Under the pieces are notes generated by a model. The model made no database searches and was not told the origin of the DNA. It saw only the letters and a program-made list of their open reading frames with translations. Made by a program: the position numbers and the translations under genes. Below are positions 9,901 through 18,084 of a stretch of DNA of 26,843 nt, one piece after another (the stretch's first letter is position 1; every line of letters begins with the position of its first letter). The stretch comes from Candidatus Hodarchaeota archaeon (GTDB lineage: Archaea; Asgardarchaeota; Heimdallarchaeia; Hodarchaeales; Hodarchaeaceae): contig JAEOTM010000195.1 of NCBI GenBank assembly GCA_016839815.1, positions 1 to 26,843 on the forward strand. The letters are read 5' to 3'.

Positions 9901-9966
9901 TGAATTTAGTTCATGAAAATGACCGATTATTTCCGGTATATCTTCTTGGACGTTATGTATTTCCAT
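6964..9966 (-). CDS. P-type ATPase with a P2A-like scaffold and a non-canonical transport site (M4 PINIP)
   Basis: YGQNQI, VPAD, NESSLTGES, CSDKTGT (D370), FDSSLKRMS, KGATE, DPPR, MITGD, ARVAPQDK and TGDGVNDALAL, with about 10 TM segments. AAGGAGG at 9980-9974. Confidence 0.95.
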   Translation of the reverse strand: MEIHNVQEDIPEIIGHFHELNSLINDLKTDVKKGLSSSEASSRLERYGQNQIPQPKQSFWKVYLAPLMNTLIVIYLLMTTFILILALIYFIFIDPSDTSIWITAIQWLIIVGVNFLIAIIQQQRAQKQIEALQKMSAPTARVIRDGKEIEITTETVVPGDVIILAQGDKVPADARIINSSSFRVNESSLTGESVPATKIEDGTKVFEKDTTIGERKNMVYNGTFVTMGSGRLLVVNTGGRTEFGKISLELAELNTGDIPIRQKVNVIGNYLAGGMLIVFSLLLIYQGTVIFSDLEKGVIPENDLIALFGRIIFDMSNIIIKAMSVVPINIPLLTTIILITGVLAMAKHKVIIRNLASIESLGRISILCSDKTGTITAGQMTVKGIWDASSDQHYYVSGLGYSPKGYISRIEGTTHIQVSEKEALNLKPIDVNLDSSLGLLIVSGMLNNDSKITEETIGDQVVYTGTGSPTESALMTLFNKSKISEKRISKQYNLIREFPFDSSLKRMSKVFELDDKPIVFCKGATEVVLPRCTLIGYGDEQRTITEADKKEILSEVETVAGEGYRVLSFTYRYPEKLPPKNDDERDLIESDLCYLGFVKVLDPPREMVDESVQETLAAGITPIMITGDSPITASSIAGSIGLMSPKDHQAHEGRMATLLNDPDFKETRVFARVAPQDKQTIIQRYQNQNRVVAMTGDGVNDALALSMADAGIAMGIAGTEVSKQAADLVIADDSFNSIVTGIREGRALFQRIRVIIFFYIAINLSEAACYIGASFISGFIPGFELMDHLQRAYIFGIAHTFPPLALILDQVPRGIMNRDPIDSAGIFNRKLALTLLAVVISLASVIYLVYFTTYFGWIPVNVTNRDFYLPIFHDDPSVADINLRPLSWEHAKARTMMHTILYLAIPLMILSIRRIDQSLLDAIRKDSSWITYALAFSILPIHLGLMYIPIFQEIIAGIGVYVDILGLSISDWLICLVAATIPVIVIEAAKWFNRSRGKYY

Positions 9967-10058
9967 ATTATAGCCTCCTTTATGAGGTATGCAAAGATTA
10001 TGGGACAGATAGACATTTCAAATAAAAGTAATCAATAAATTAGATGCATTTACAAGAA

Positions 10059-10066
10059 ATATAAAT
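10059..10066 (-). promoter_or_regulatory. Candidate TATA box for the P-type ATPase
   Basis: TTTATA on the minus strand (10065-10060) in the 132-bp intergenic gap. Confidence 0.35.
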
Positions 10067-10098
10067 AATTTGAGCTGACCTTTAGAGATTCTAATATC

Positions 10099-10806
10099 CT
10101 AAATGAGTATAATTAACGGACTTAAGGAGAGAAGGAAGATTGCAGCGTGGTATGTACTTATGACTTTGAGCTCACGATAAGCGAGATCATGATGAAACTC
10201 ACGAATGGCAATTATTGAATCTGAGATAACAAATAATAAAGCACCAAGTACCACAAAACCAAATTCCATTATTCCAGAGGTAGTCCACAGTAGCACTGCT
10301 GATGATAGCATACCTGAGATAAATATACAATAAATGATTACAGGGGTTCTGAATTTCCCTAATCCCTTATCAGAGGATTCTAAATAGCGTAGAAAGAGGA
10401 CTAGATAAATTATTAATCCAATAATAACGATTCCAGTCAATAATAAGGAATCTGAAGATATTCCAAGTTCAATAGCCTGACCCATTAACGAAATCATCAG
10501 GATTATTTGTGCAACTAAAAATAGAGGAAGTCCTGGGATTAGTCCTTTCTCCATACCAGCATCTCCTAACATGCAAAAAAATAACCCTATTGTCAAAATC
10601 AATGATAAATAGATCGACTCATGCCCAGTGTAGAGAACAAACAATGTAGCCATTCCAGCTGGAACCAGTTTAATATAAGTACTGAATGGAGCTAATTTTC
10701 TTAAGAACTCAACCTTAAGGTCAATCTCATCTGACTTAGTACTTTTGACAAGTATATAGAGAACTGAAAAAAACCAGAAACAAACTGTGTAGATTATTTC
10801 GATCAT
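10099..10806 (-). CDS. YhhN / TMEM86 family (lysoplasmalogenase-like) membrane protein
   Basis: About 8 TM segments, with family motifs K.VP, GLFFCMLGD, GL..FL.A, PVIIY, GALLFVISDSIIA and STY. The likely start is ATG 10806 (MIEIIY) rather than 10911. Confidence 0.85.
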   Translation of the reverse strand: MIEIIYTVCFWFFSVLYILVKSTKSDEIDLKVEFLRKLAPFSTYIKLVPAGMATLFVLYTGHESIYLSLILTIGLFFCMLGDAGMEKGLIPGLPLFLVAQIILMISLMGQAIELGISSDSLLLTGIVIIGLIIYLVLFLRYLESSDKGLGKFRTPVIIYCIFISGMLSSAVLLWTTSGIMEFGFVVLGALLFVISDSIIAIREFHHDLAYRELKVISTYHAAIFLLSLSPLIILI

Positions 10807-10927
10807 TTTTACCACTTTTTCCAAAGAGAACCTAGGAAAAATTGTCTGTATATTCTCCTTAAAAGCATTTGGCTTGAAAGAGAAAATCAAAGGGGGGAAA
10901 TTCTGAATCAATCGAAGAAATCATTAA

Positions 10928-13303
10928 TTATAATTGAATTTTTCCGTTTTTAAATAAACTATCAATTTTCTTATCTTCGAATGTTTGGGGTTTTCGCTTT
11001 TTTGTTTGCCTAGCTGGAGATCCACGTTTTTCATAAGTTTTCTTAACTTTTTCTTTCGCTCTCTCTAATTCTTTTTTCAATGAAAGAGAGATTCGTTTTT
11101 TAACTAGGTCTATATCTTTTACACGAGGTTTAACGATGTCTCCAACTTTTAGTCCTGCTTCACGAGGGTGTCGAATGAAACTATCCGAAATTTCACTGAT
11201 GTGAATAAGTCCATTCGTCTTTACTCCTAAATCTACAAAACAACCAAAATCAGTCACGTTAGTAACAGTTCCCTCAACCATACTACCTACCTCTAAATCT
11301 TCTATAGTTAAAACAGAGGATTTGAGAAGAGGTTTATCAAAATCGTCTCTGGGGTCACGATAAGGATTCTGTAGGATTTCAATTATATCAGTAATAGTTA
11401 CTAATCGATCTTCATGATGTAGTTGTTTGGCTGCAAAAGATGGATTGAGCATTTTTAATTGTCGTTGCAACCGAGTTCTACGTTCTTTTGTTGTTAGATC
11501 ATCTTTTGTAAATTTAGCTAATTTAATTATACTTTCTGCCAACTCGTATGACTCAGGATGAATGGGAGAGTTATCAAAAGGATCAGGAGCATCAGGAATT
11601 CGCAAAAAGCCAACGCTCTGCTCAAAAGTACGAGGACCAATTCCAGGAACACTTTTTAAATCTTCACGATAAACAAAAGCTCCATTCTCGGTCCTATATT
11701 TGATAATGTTTTTTGCGACCGAGCTAGTGATACCACTTACATATTTCAGCAATACTTCAGAGGCTGTATTAACATCAGCACCTACTAGATTGACTGTATC
11801 AACTACTACATCTTTTAATGCCTTAGATAACCCAGCAAGGTCGTGTTGGTACTGTCCTACTCCAATAGAACGTGGATCAATTTTAACAAGTTCTGCTAAT
11901 GGGTCTAGTAAGCGTCTTGCAATGGAAATTGCACCTCTTATAGTAACATCCAAATCAGGGAATTCATTTCTGGCTAGATCACTTGCACTATATACAGAGG
12001 CTCCAGCCTCATTTACAATAACATACCTTAACTCAGTTCCCTTGGCAATATATTTACTAACAAATTCTTCAGTTTCACGCGAAGCCGTGCCATTCCCAAT
12101 AGCAATGATTGAAATATTGTGTTTACTAATGATGTCCTTAAGGACGTTAGCGGATTTTTCAAACTGCTCATGAGGTTTTGTTGGATAAACAGTGCCGCTA
12201 GCTAAAACATTACCCATCTCATCAATCGCAGCATATTTACATCCAGTTCTAAAAGCAGGATCGATACCTAAAATTCGTGATCTAATTGGAGGACTAAGAA
12301 GTAAGTGTTTTAGATTTTCTCCAAAGACTTGGATTGAATGCTGCTGTGCTTTTTCAAATTGTATTCGTTTTAATTCCCTTTGCATACTCGGACCTAGGAG
12401 TCGCTTCCACGAATCACTTATAGCAAGATCTAACTGCTCGCTCACTTCAGGATTACTACTTTGAGAAGAAGAAACGATATCAGTAATATCTCCAATTATT
12501 GATTCATCTGGAAATACAACTTTAAACGAAAGAACACCTTCTCTGTCTCCACGTAACATCGCAAGTAACCGATGAGGAGGAACACTTAACGCAGATTCTT
12601 CAAACTCAAAATACTGTTCGAATTTCTTCCCCTGGATAATTTTTTGAGAATTTTCTTCTTCCTCTTCTTCATCCATTTCGAAGAGAAGCGATTTTTTGGT
12701 GGTGAAGAAGGCTTTACTATAGAATTTCTTCCTAATAGTCTCACGAATATTCTTCGAATTTGAGAGATCTTCTGCAATGATGTGTCGAGCCCCTTCCAAG
12801 GCTTCTTCAGGTGAATTCACACCAACTTCAGAATTGAGATACTCATTGGCAAGCTCTACTAATGATTTATCCTCGGGAAATTCAGATTTGCCAAAAATAA
12901 TGTCAGCTAAAGGCTCCAATCCTTTTTCTCTAGCAATGAACCCCTTAGTTTTCTTTTTACGCTTGTAAGGTCTATAAATCTCGTTTAATTCTGCTAAACT
13001 TGTAGCATTAGCAATGCTTTTAGCTAATTCTTCAGTCATTTGTCCCTGCGCAACGATTACTTCATGAATTCGTTTTCTTTCACGACGTAAGTTAGTCAAC
13101 TCTTGATAATTCTCTTCAATTGCACGTATTTGAGTTTCATCTAAAGATTGGGTTTTTTCTTTTCGGTAGCGCGCTATGAACGGAATTGTATTACCATCGT
13201 TTAATAACTGAAGAGTTGAGGAGACCTGTTCTTGTGATAAATGTAGTGTACTAGCAATCATTTGCATGATTTCAGTGCTAGAATCGTCCGTTAGGGTTGA
13301 CAT
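10928..13303 (-). CDS. tex: Tex/YhgF transcription accessory protein (YqgF-like, HhH and S1 domains)
   Basis: GNTIPFIARYRKEKT, ILGIDPAFRTGCK, IAIGNGTASRETE, VNEAGASVYSAS, SIGVGQYQHD, and a C-terminal S1 (GTVTNVTDFGCFVDLG...GLIHIS). Confidence 0.96.
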   Translation of the reverse strand: MSTLTDDSSTEIMQMIASTLHLSQEQVSSTLQLLNDGNTIPFIARYRKEKTQSLDETQIRAIEENYQELTNLRRERKRIHEVIVAQGQMTEELAKSIANATSLAELNEIYRPYKRKKKTKGFIAREKGLEPLADIIFGKSEFPEDKSLVELANEYLNSEVGVNSPEEALEGARHIIAEDLSNSKNIRETIRKKFYSKAFFTTKKSLLFEMDEEEEEENSQKIIQGKKFEQYFEFEESALSVPPHRLLAMLRGDREGVLSFKVVFPDESIIGDITDIVSSSQSSNPEVSEQLDLAISDSWKRLLGPSMQRELKRIQFEKAQQHSIQVFGENLKHLLLSPPIRSRILGIDPAFRTGCKYAAIDEMGNVLASGTVYPTKPHEQFEKSANVLKDIISKHNISIIAIGNGTASRETEEFVSKYIAKGTELRYVIVNEAGASVYSASDLARNEFPDLDVTIRGAISIARRLLDPLAELVKIDPRSIGVGQYQHDLAGLSKALKDVVVDTVNLVGADVNTASEVLLKYVSGITSSVAKNIIKYRTENGAFVYREDLKSVPGIGPRTFEQSVGFLRIPDAPDPFDNSPIHPESYELAESIIKLAKFTKDDLTTKERRTRLQRQLKMLNPSFAAKQLHHEDRLVTITDIIEILQNPYRDPRDDFDKPLLKSSVLTIEDLEVGSMVEGTVTNVTDFGCFVDLGVKTNGLIHISEISDSFIRHPREAGLKVGDIVKPRVKDIDLVKKRISLSLKKELERAKEKVKKTYEKRGSPARQTKKRKPQTFEDKKIDSLFKNGKIQL

Positions 13304-13385
13304 GATAGATTACACAATTTAAAGCTAGATACGAGTCAAAAGGAGGGAATAGAGATTGCTTTTAATAGAAATTGTATAGTTATCA

Positions 13386-13397
13386 ATAAATATTTAT
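13386..13397. promoter_or_regulatory. AT palindrome in the divergent tex/mocA intergenic region
   Basis: ATAAATATTTAT, a perfect palindrome ending 26 nt upstream of the mocA ATG (TATA-like spacing). Confidence 0.35.
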
Positions 13398-13423
13398 GAA
13401 TTTGTAGACAATCGAGAGATTCG

Positions 13424-14029
13424 ATGATTTCTGGAATAATTCTTGCCGCAGGGGAATCAAAACGCTTCACTACACAAAATAAACTCCTTTATGAACTTAC
13501 TCCTGGAATAAGTCTAATAGAATCTATCATTCATGCTTTTTTGCAATCTCAAGTACATGAGTTAATCATCGTTACAGGTTTTGATTCTACCAGAATAGAA
13601 GAGGTAATTCGAAAAGCTTCAATCGATTTCAAAAATCGTGTTAGAATAACATTTAATGAAAAATATAAAACTGGAGGAATGTCTTCCTCTGTAATTACAG
13701 GACTAAAGGAGGTAGATAAAGCTGATGCTGTTCTAATTACTCCAGCGGATATTCCGCTTATACCTCCAGAGACTATCGACTTAATGATTTCATATTTCTT
13801 GAAAAAACAACCAGAAATTATAATTCCGACTTTTAAAAATCGAAAAGGTCATCCTATCATGTTTAAATCTACGTTATTTACTCAAATCTTGATGATTTCC
13901 GAAAAACAGCGAGGACTTAAAGAAATAACAAACAAATACCAAAAAGAAATTGTATTTCTTCCCGTACAAAACTCTGGTATACTTAAGGACCTAGATACGA
14001 TAGATGATCTGAAAAAATTTTCTCCGTAG
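13424..14029 (+). CDS. mocA: Molybdenum cofactor cytidylyltransferase (MocA-like NTP transferase)
   Basis: IILAAGESKRF, GMSSS, PADIP, GHP and DLDTIDD. It lies next to XDH-family genes, which typically use MCD. Confidence 0.85.
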   Translation: MISGIILAAGESKRFTTQNKLLYELTPGISLIESIIHAFLQSQVHELIIVTGFDSTRIEEVIRKASIDFKNRVRITFNEKYKTGGMSSSVITGLKEVDKADAVLITPADIPLIPPETIDLMISYFLKKQPEIIIPTFKNRKGHPIMFKSTLFTQILMISEKQRGLKEITNKYQKEIVFLPVQNSGILKDLDTIDDLKKFSP

Positions 14030-14040
14030 TTTCTTATTGG

Positions 14041-14055
14041 GAAAAACTCTTTATA
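14041..14055 (+). promoter_or_regulatory. Archaeal BRE-TATA-like promoter for the moaD-xdh operon
   Basis: GAAAAACTC-TTTATA ends 28 nt upstream of ATG 14084, consistent with a leaderless transcript. Confidence 0.45.
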
Positions 14056-14083
14056 TTTTTTATTTATCTTCTCTGTTTAGTTC

Positions 14084-14341
14084 ATGGTAAGATCGAATAT
14101 GAATTCTGCTACATTAGAGCTAGTTGGATCAGTCCGAAATCCTTTTCCTAGCAAGAAACGTAAAAAAACAATTGAATTTTCGAAAAAAACATCTATCAAG
14201 ACAATCTTACTTAAAGTAGGGTTTCTCGAAACAGAGCTAGAATTCCTTATTCCAATCGTGAACGGAACACGAACCTCACATGACTATCTACTACAAGATA
14301 ACGATCACATCTGGATTTCTCTCCCTATTGGCGGAGGTTAA
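14084..14341 (+). CDS. MoaD/ThiS/SAMP ubiquitin-like sulfur carrier
   Basis: 85 aa with IVNG...LQDNDHI..SLPIGGG* and a C-terminal di-glycine. Confidence 0.85.
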   Translation: MVRSNMNSATLELVGSVRNPFPSKKRKKTIEFSKKTSIKTILLKVGFLETELEFLIPIVNGTRTSHDYLLQDNDHIWISLPIGGG

Positions 14342-14347
14342 ACAAAT

Positions 14348-15184
14348 ATGAAAAACGTAACAGAATTTATGTACCCTTCAAACGTCTCAGAGGCTTTATC
14401 GCTTTATACAGAACAAGAAAATTGTGCTTATATCGCTGGTGGAACCCACATATCGGCAGAAAATAGGAATAATACTATTAGACTTGTAGATATTACACGA
14501 ATAGGTTTAAATGAAATTATAGATGGGGATGAGAGAATTCAAGTAGGTGCTACAGCAACAATAACAGATATGTATTGTTCACCAGTCGTGAAAAAAGTAG
14601 GAAATGGTGTGCTGAAGAAAGCATGTCAATTAATAGCCGACACACCACTAAGAAATGCCATTACCCTAGGAGGGAATATCGCTCGTTTGTATACTTGGGC
14701 AGGATTACCCGTAGTGTTGCTTACATTAGATGCCGAAGTTGAAATTATGAATCCACAGGGAGAGACCACAATGGTACCAGCTACTGATCACTTTACCAAT
14801 GGTGGTGTAAAAGGTGGAGATCTAATCCTCAAGGTCCATTTTCCACAAAAAAAATCTTGGATTCACTTCTATGAAAAATTTTGCCTTACAACAGTAGATT
14901 ACTCATGGTTAACCATGGCCTTTGCTGCAGAAGTTAAAGATGGAAAAATCAGTGATGCTAGACTTGCAGTCTCCCGTATTACTAAAGTTAAACGAGTGAC
15001 AGAAGTGGAAAACGCAATCATAGGGCAAAAAGTGGCTAATCTTGAATTTAACAATCTTATATCAGTTTTAAAATCATCTGTTAATATTGTAAAGGATTAT
15101 CGTGTAAGTAAAGAATATCGCAAACAACTTTTGGGAGTTTTATTCAAACGAATGCTCCAACAACTACAGGAGGAATCAAAATGA
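14348..15184 (+). CDS. Molybdenum hydroxylase FAD-binding subunit (XdhB/CoxM-like)
   Basis: YIAGGT, IQVGATAT, LRNAITLGGNIA and DYRVSKEYRK. ATGA overlap with the next gene. Confidence 0.88.
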   Translation: MKNVTEFMYPSNVSEALSLYTEQENCAYIAGGTHISAENRNNTIRLVDITRIGLNEIIDGDERIQVGATATITDMYCSPVVKKVGNGVLKKACQLIADTPLRNAITLGGNIARLYTWAGLPVVLLTLDAEVEIMNPQGETTMVPATDHFTNGGVKGGDLILKVHFPQKKSWIHFYEKFCLTTVDYSWLTMAFAAEVKDGKISDARLAVSRITKVKRVTEVENAIIGQKVANLEFNNLISVLKSSVNIVKDYRVSKEYRKQLLGVLFKRMLQQLQEESK

Positions 15185-15654
15185 GCCAGATTTTGCATGT
15201 AACCATTAATGGACTGCAGAAAAAACTTTCAATTGAACCTGATGAACTTTTGCTTGACGTACTTAGACGTGATGGATATAAAGGAGTAAAAAGGGGATGC
15301 AAAGAGGGAGCTTGTGGAACTTGTACAATTCTGCTTAATGGAAAAGCTGTAAAATCCTGCATAATGTTAGCTGCCCAAGCTGAAGGTGGAGAAATTATTA
15401 CCATTGAGGGAATAGGAACAAGGGAAAAACCCCATCCGATTCAACAAGCATTTGTGGATGAAGGAGTAGTCCAGTGTGGGTATTGTATTCCAGGAATGAT
15501 ACTAGCTGCTAAAAATTTACTTGATAACAATCCTAATCCTACCGAGGGCGAAATCAAATTTGCATTAGATGGAAATTTATGCCGTTGTACAGGGTACAGT
15601 GGTCAAATTAAGGCAGTATTAGCTGCTGCCGAAGCTATACGAGGTGAAAAATAA
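15181..15654 (+). CDS. Molybdenum hydroxylase 2x[2Fe-2S] subunit (CoxS-like)
   Basis: GCKEGACGTCT..SC, QCGYCIPG and NLCRCTGY. Confidence 0.95.
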   Translation: MSQILHVTINGLQKKLSIEPDELLLDVLRRDGYKGVKRGCKEGACGTCTILLNGKAVKSCIMLAAQAEGGEIITIEGIGTREKPHPIQQAFVDEGVVQCGYCIPGMILAAKNLLDNNPNPTEGEIKFALDGNLCRCTGYSGQIKAVLAAAEAIRGEK

Positions 15655-17987
15655 TGACGAAATTTTACGAAGGACGAGTAGTTACAAAAAGTGTTCCAAA
15701 AAAAGATGCACTTAGTTTAGCAATGGGGAAACCCATGTATACAGATGATATTGACTATAAAGACCTCGTTCATGTGAAAATGCTACGTAGCCCACATGCA
15801 CACGCAATAATCGAGAAAATTGATACAAGTAAGGCTGAAAAGTTACCTGGTGTAGTGGGAATATTAACCTACAAAAATTCCTCACAAGTTCTTCATACAA
15901 GTGCAGGTCAGGGTTTTCCTGAACCTTCTCCCTATGATACACGACTATTTAACAAGAAAGTTAAATTTGTTGGGGAAAGAGTTGCAGCTGTTGCTGCAGA
16001 AACAATTAAAATTGCAGAAGCAGCTTTAGACTTAATTAAAGTGGAATATACTGTTCTTGAACCAGTTTTTGACCATGATAAGGCTTTGGGGAATAAAGTC
16101 GTTATCCATGACGAGGATGATTCTAAGTACATTATTCCAGTATTTTTTGATCCCAAGAAGAACCACGCTTCCCATGTGGATGCAGAAACAGGTGATTTAG
16201 AAAAAGGATTTGCAGAAGCAGACCATATTGTGGAAAAAACTGTTAGAAACCATTATGGACAACATTGTCCATTAGAACCGCATATCAGCATTGCCTATAT
16301 TGATAACTACGATCGTTTAGTCGTTCGAACAGCCACCCAAGTTCCTTTTCACTGCCGAAGAATCTTAGCTCAAATCTTGGAGATCCCACTCTCACAAATT
16401 AGAGTTATTAAACCTAGAATCGGTGGAGGATTTGGTACAAAGCAGGAGATTATCACAGAACCTATCGTTGCATCTTTTGCCTGGAAATTGAAGCGTCCTG
16501 TTAAGTTTGAGTTTACTAGAAAAGAGGAATTTATCTCAGCCCGTACACGTCATCCTATGACAACTTGGTTTAAAGCGGGAGTGAAGAAAGATGGTACCAT
16601 AACTGCCATGGATATGAGAGTAACGAGCAACACTGGTGCTTATGGCTCACATGCATTAACCGTGTTGAGTAATACAGGAAGTAAAACATTGCCTCTCTAT
16701 CACTGTCAAAATATCAGATTTATTGGAGATACCGTATATACTAATCTTCCTGTCGCTGGAGCTTATAGGGGGTACGGTGGTACACAAGCCTCACTAGCTA
16801 TGGAAATTGTTATGGATGATTTGGCTGGAGAGATTGGTATGGATCCAGCTAAGTTTCGATTAATGAATCATATAAAAGCAGGTGAAACCTCTCCTATATT
16901 TAAAGCACTAGGTGAGGGTACAGAAGGTGTTGAGCAAACAGTAGATTCAGTAGGTTTAACAGAATGCATTAATCAAGGTGCAGATGCTATCAATTGGTGG
17001 AATCGGGAAGAAATCAAAAAACAAAATAGTACAGATACAGTTAAGCGGGGTTTTGGTCTTGTGTGTGTGATGCAAGGATCTTCGATACCAGATATTGATA
17101 TGGCTGCAGGATATTGTAAGATGAATGAGGACGGAACCTTCAATCTGCTAGTAGGTGCAACAGATATTGGAACAGGGTCTGATACCATTCTTGCTCAAAT
17201 CTTTGCAGAGGGATTGGGTATTGAGGAATCGGATGTAATCGTCCTTAGTTCCGATACAGATACTACACCCTTCGATACTGGTGCCTATGCTTCGTCTACT
17301 ACCTATTTGACGGGTCAGGCATGTATAAATTTAACAATGAAAGTTAAAGAGCAACTATTTACCTATACTGCCACTGTGCTAAATGTACCCAAGGATGAAT
17401 TGAAAATTGAAGACAAAGCAGTTGTCCACAAGAAGTCAGGAAAACAAATGACATTTGCAGAGATTGGAACGAAGTCGTATTACTCTGAAAATCAAACACA
17501 GATAGGTGCTGTGGCCTCAGAGTTATCAAAAAAATCTCCTCCTCCATTCATTGCGCATTATGCCGAAGTAGATGTGGATATCGAAACAGGTCGGGTAAGT
17601 GTACTAAAATACGTAGCGGCAGTTGATTGTGGGACACCAATCAATCCAAAATTAGTAGTAGGCCAAGTCGAAGGAGCATTAGTAAATGGATTATGTTATG
17701 CTTTATCAGAACGGTATATTTTCAATGATAAAGGGAAAATGATGAACCCTTCATTCGGTAATTACAAAATCATGACAACCATTGATCTACCTGAAATAGA
17801 AACGATTATAGTTCCTACCTACGAACCAAGTGGTCCTTGGGGAGCAAAATCAGTAGCTGAAGTAAATATTTCAGGCCCAATGCCAGTGTTGAGCAATGCT
17901 ATATTTGATGCTATAGGAATACGGATGACAGAACCTCCATATACTCCCGATCGGGTACTTAAGGCCATTCAGGATCATAACAAGTGA
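15654..17987 (+). CDS. Molybdenum hydroxylase molybdopterin-binding subunit (xanthine/aldehyde oxidoreductase family, XdhD-like)
   Basis: LRSPHAHA, QHCPLEPH, IGGGFGTK, AYRGYGGTQ, DIGTGSDT, AYASSTT, GQVEG and GAKSVAE (catalytic Glu). It lacks the CO-dehydrogenase AYxCSFR loop. TAATG overlap with the previous gene. Confidence 0.93.
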   Translation: MTKFYEGRVVTKSVPKKDALSLAMGKPMYTDDIDYKDLVHVKMLRSPHAHAIIEKIDTSKAEKLPGVVGILTYKNSSQVLHTSAGQGFPEPSPYDTRLFNKKVKFVGERVAAVAAETIKIAEAALDLIKVEYTVLEPVFDHDKALGNKVVIHDEDDSKYIIPVFFDPKKNHASHVDAETGDLEKGFAEADHIVEKTVRNHYGQHCPLEPHISIAYIDNYDRLVVRTATQVPFHCRRILAQILEIPLSQIRVIKPRIGGGFGTKQEIITEPIVASFAWKLKRPVKFEFTRKEEFISARTRHPMTTWFKAGVKKDGTITAMDMRVTSNTGAYGSHALTVLSNTGSKTLPLYHCQNIRFIGDTVYTNLPVAGAYRGYGGTQASLAMEIVMDDLAGEIGMDPAKFRLMNHIKAGETSPIFKALGEGTEGVEQTVDSVGLTECINQGADAINWWNREEIKKQNSTDTVKRGFGLVCVMQGSSIPDIDMAAGYCKMNEDGTFNLLVGATDIGTGSDTILAQIFAEGLGIEESDVIVLSSDTDTTPFDTGAYASSTTYLTGQACINLTMKVKEQLFTYTATVLNVPKDELKIEDKAVVHKKSGKQMTFAEIGTKSYYSENQTQIGAVASELSKKSPPPFIAHYAEVDVDIETGRVSVLKYVAAVDCGTPINPKLVVGQVEGALVNGLCYALSERYIFNDKGKMMNPSFGNYKIMTTIDLPEIETIIVPTYEPSGPWGAKSVAEVNISGPMPVLSNAIFDAIGIRMTEPPYTPDRVLKAIQDHNK

Positions 17988-18084
17988 TAAGCTTAGTGAC
18001 TCCCCCATAAATTTCGATATGCTAGCTATCAGAAATACTGTAAATCGCTATTCTTTTATGTAAGGGGTATCTAGATTTAACGAG

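Noticed and set aside
9974-9987. Hairpin sequestering the ATPase Shine-Dalgarno (CCTC-N6-GAGG)
   Set aside because: A stem of only 4 bp is too weak to claim regulation.
10807-10911. N-terminal extension of the YhhN ORF
   Set aside because: It translates the pyrimidine-rich region after tex. ATG 10806 gives a typical family length.
14147-14170. NLS-like PSKKRKK in the MoaD-like protein
   Set aside because: Lys runs are expected in an A-rich genome, and nothing else supports a targeting function.
15654-17987. Aerobic CO dehydrogenase (CoxL)
   Set aside because: The active-site loop is AYRGYG, not AYxCSFR (form I) or AYRGAGR (form II).
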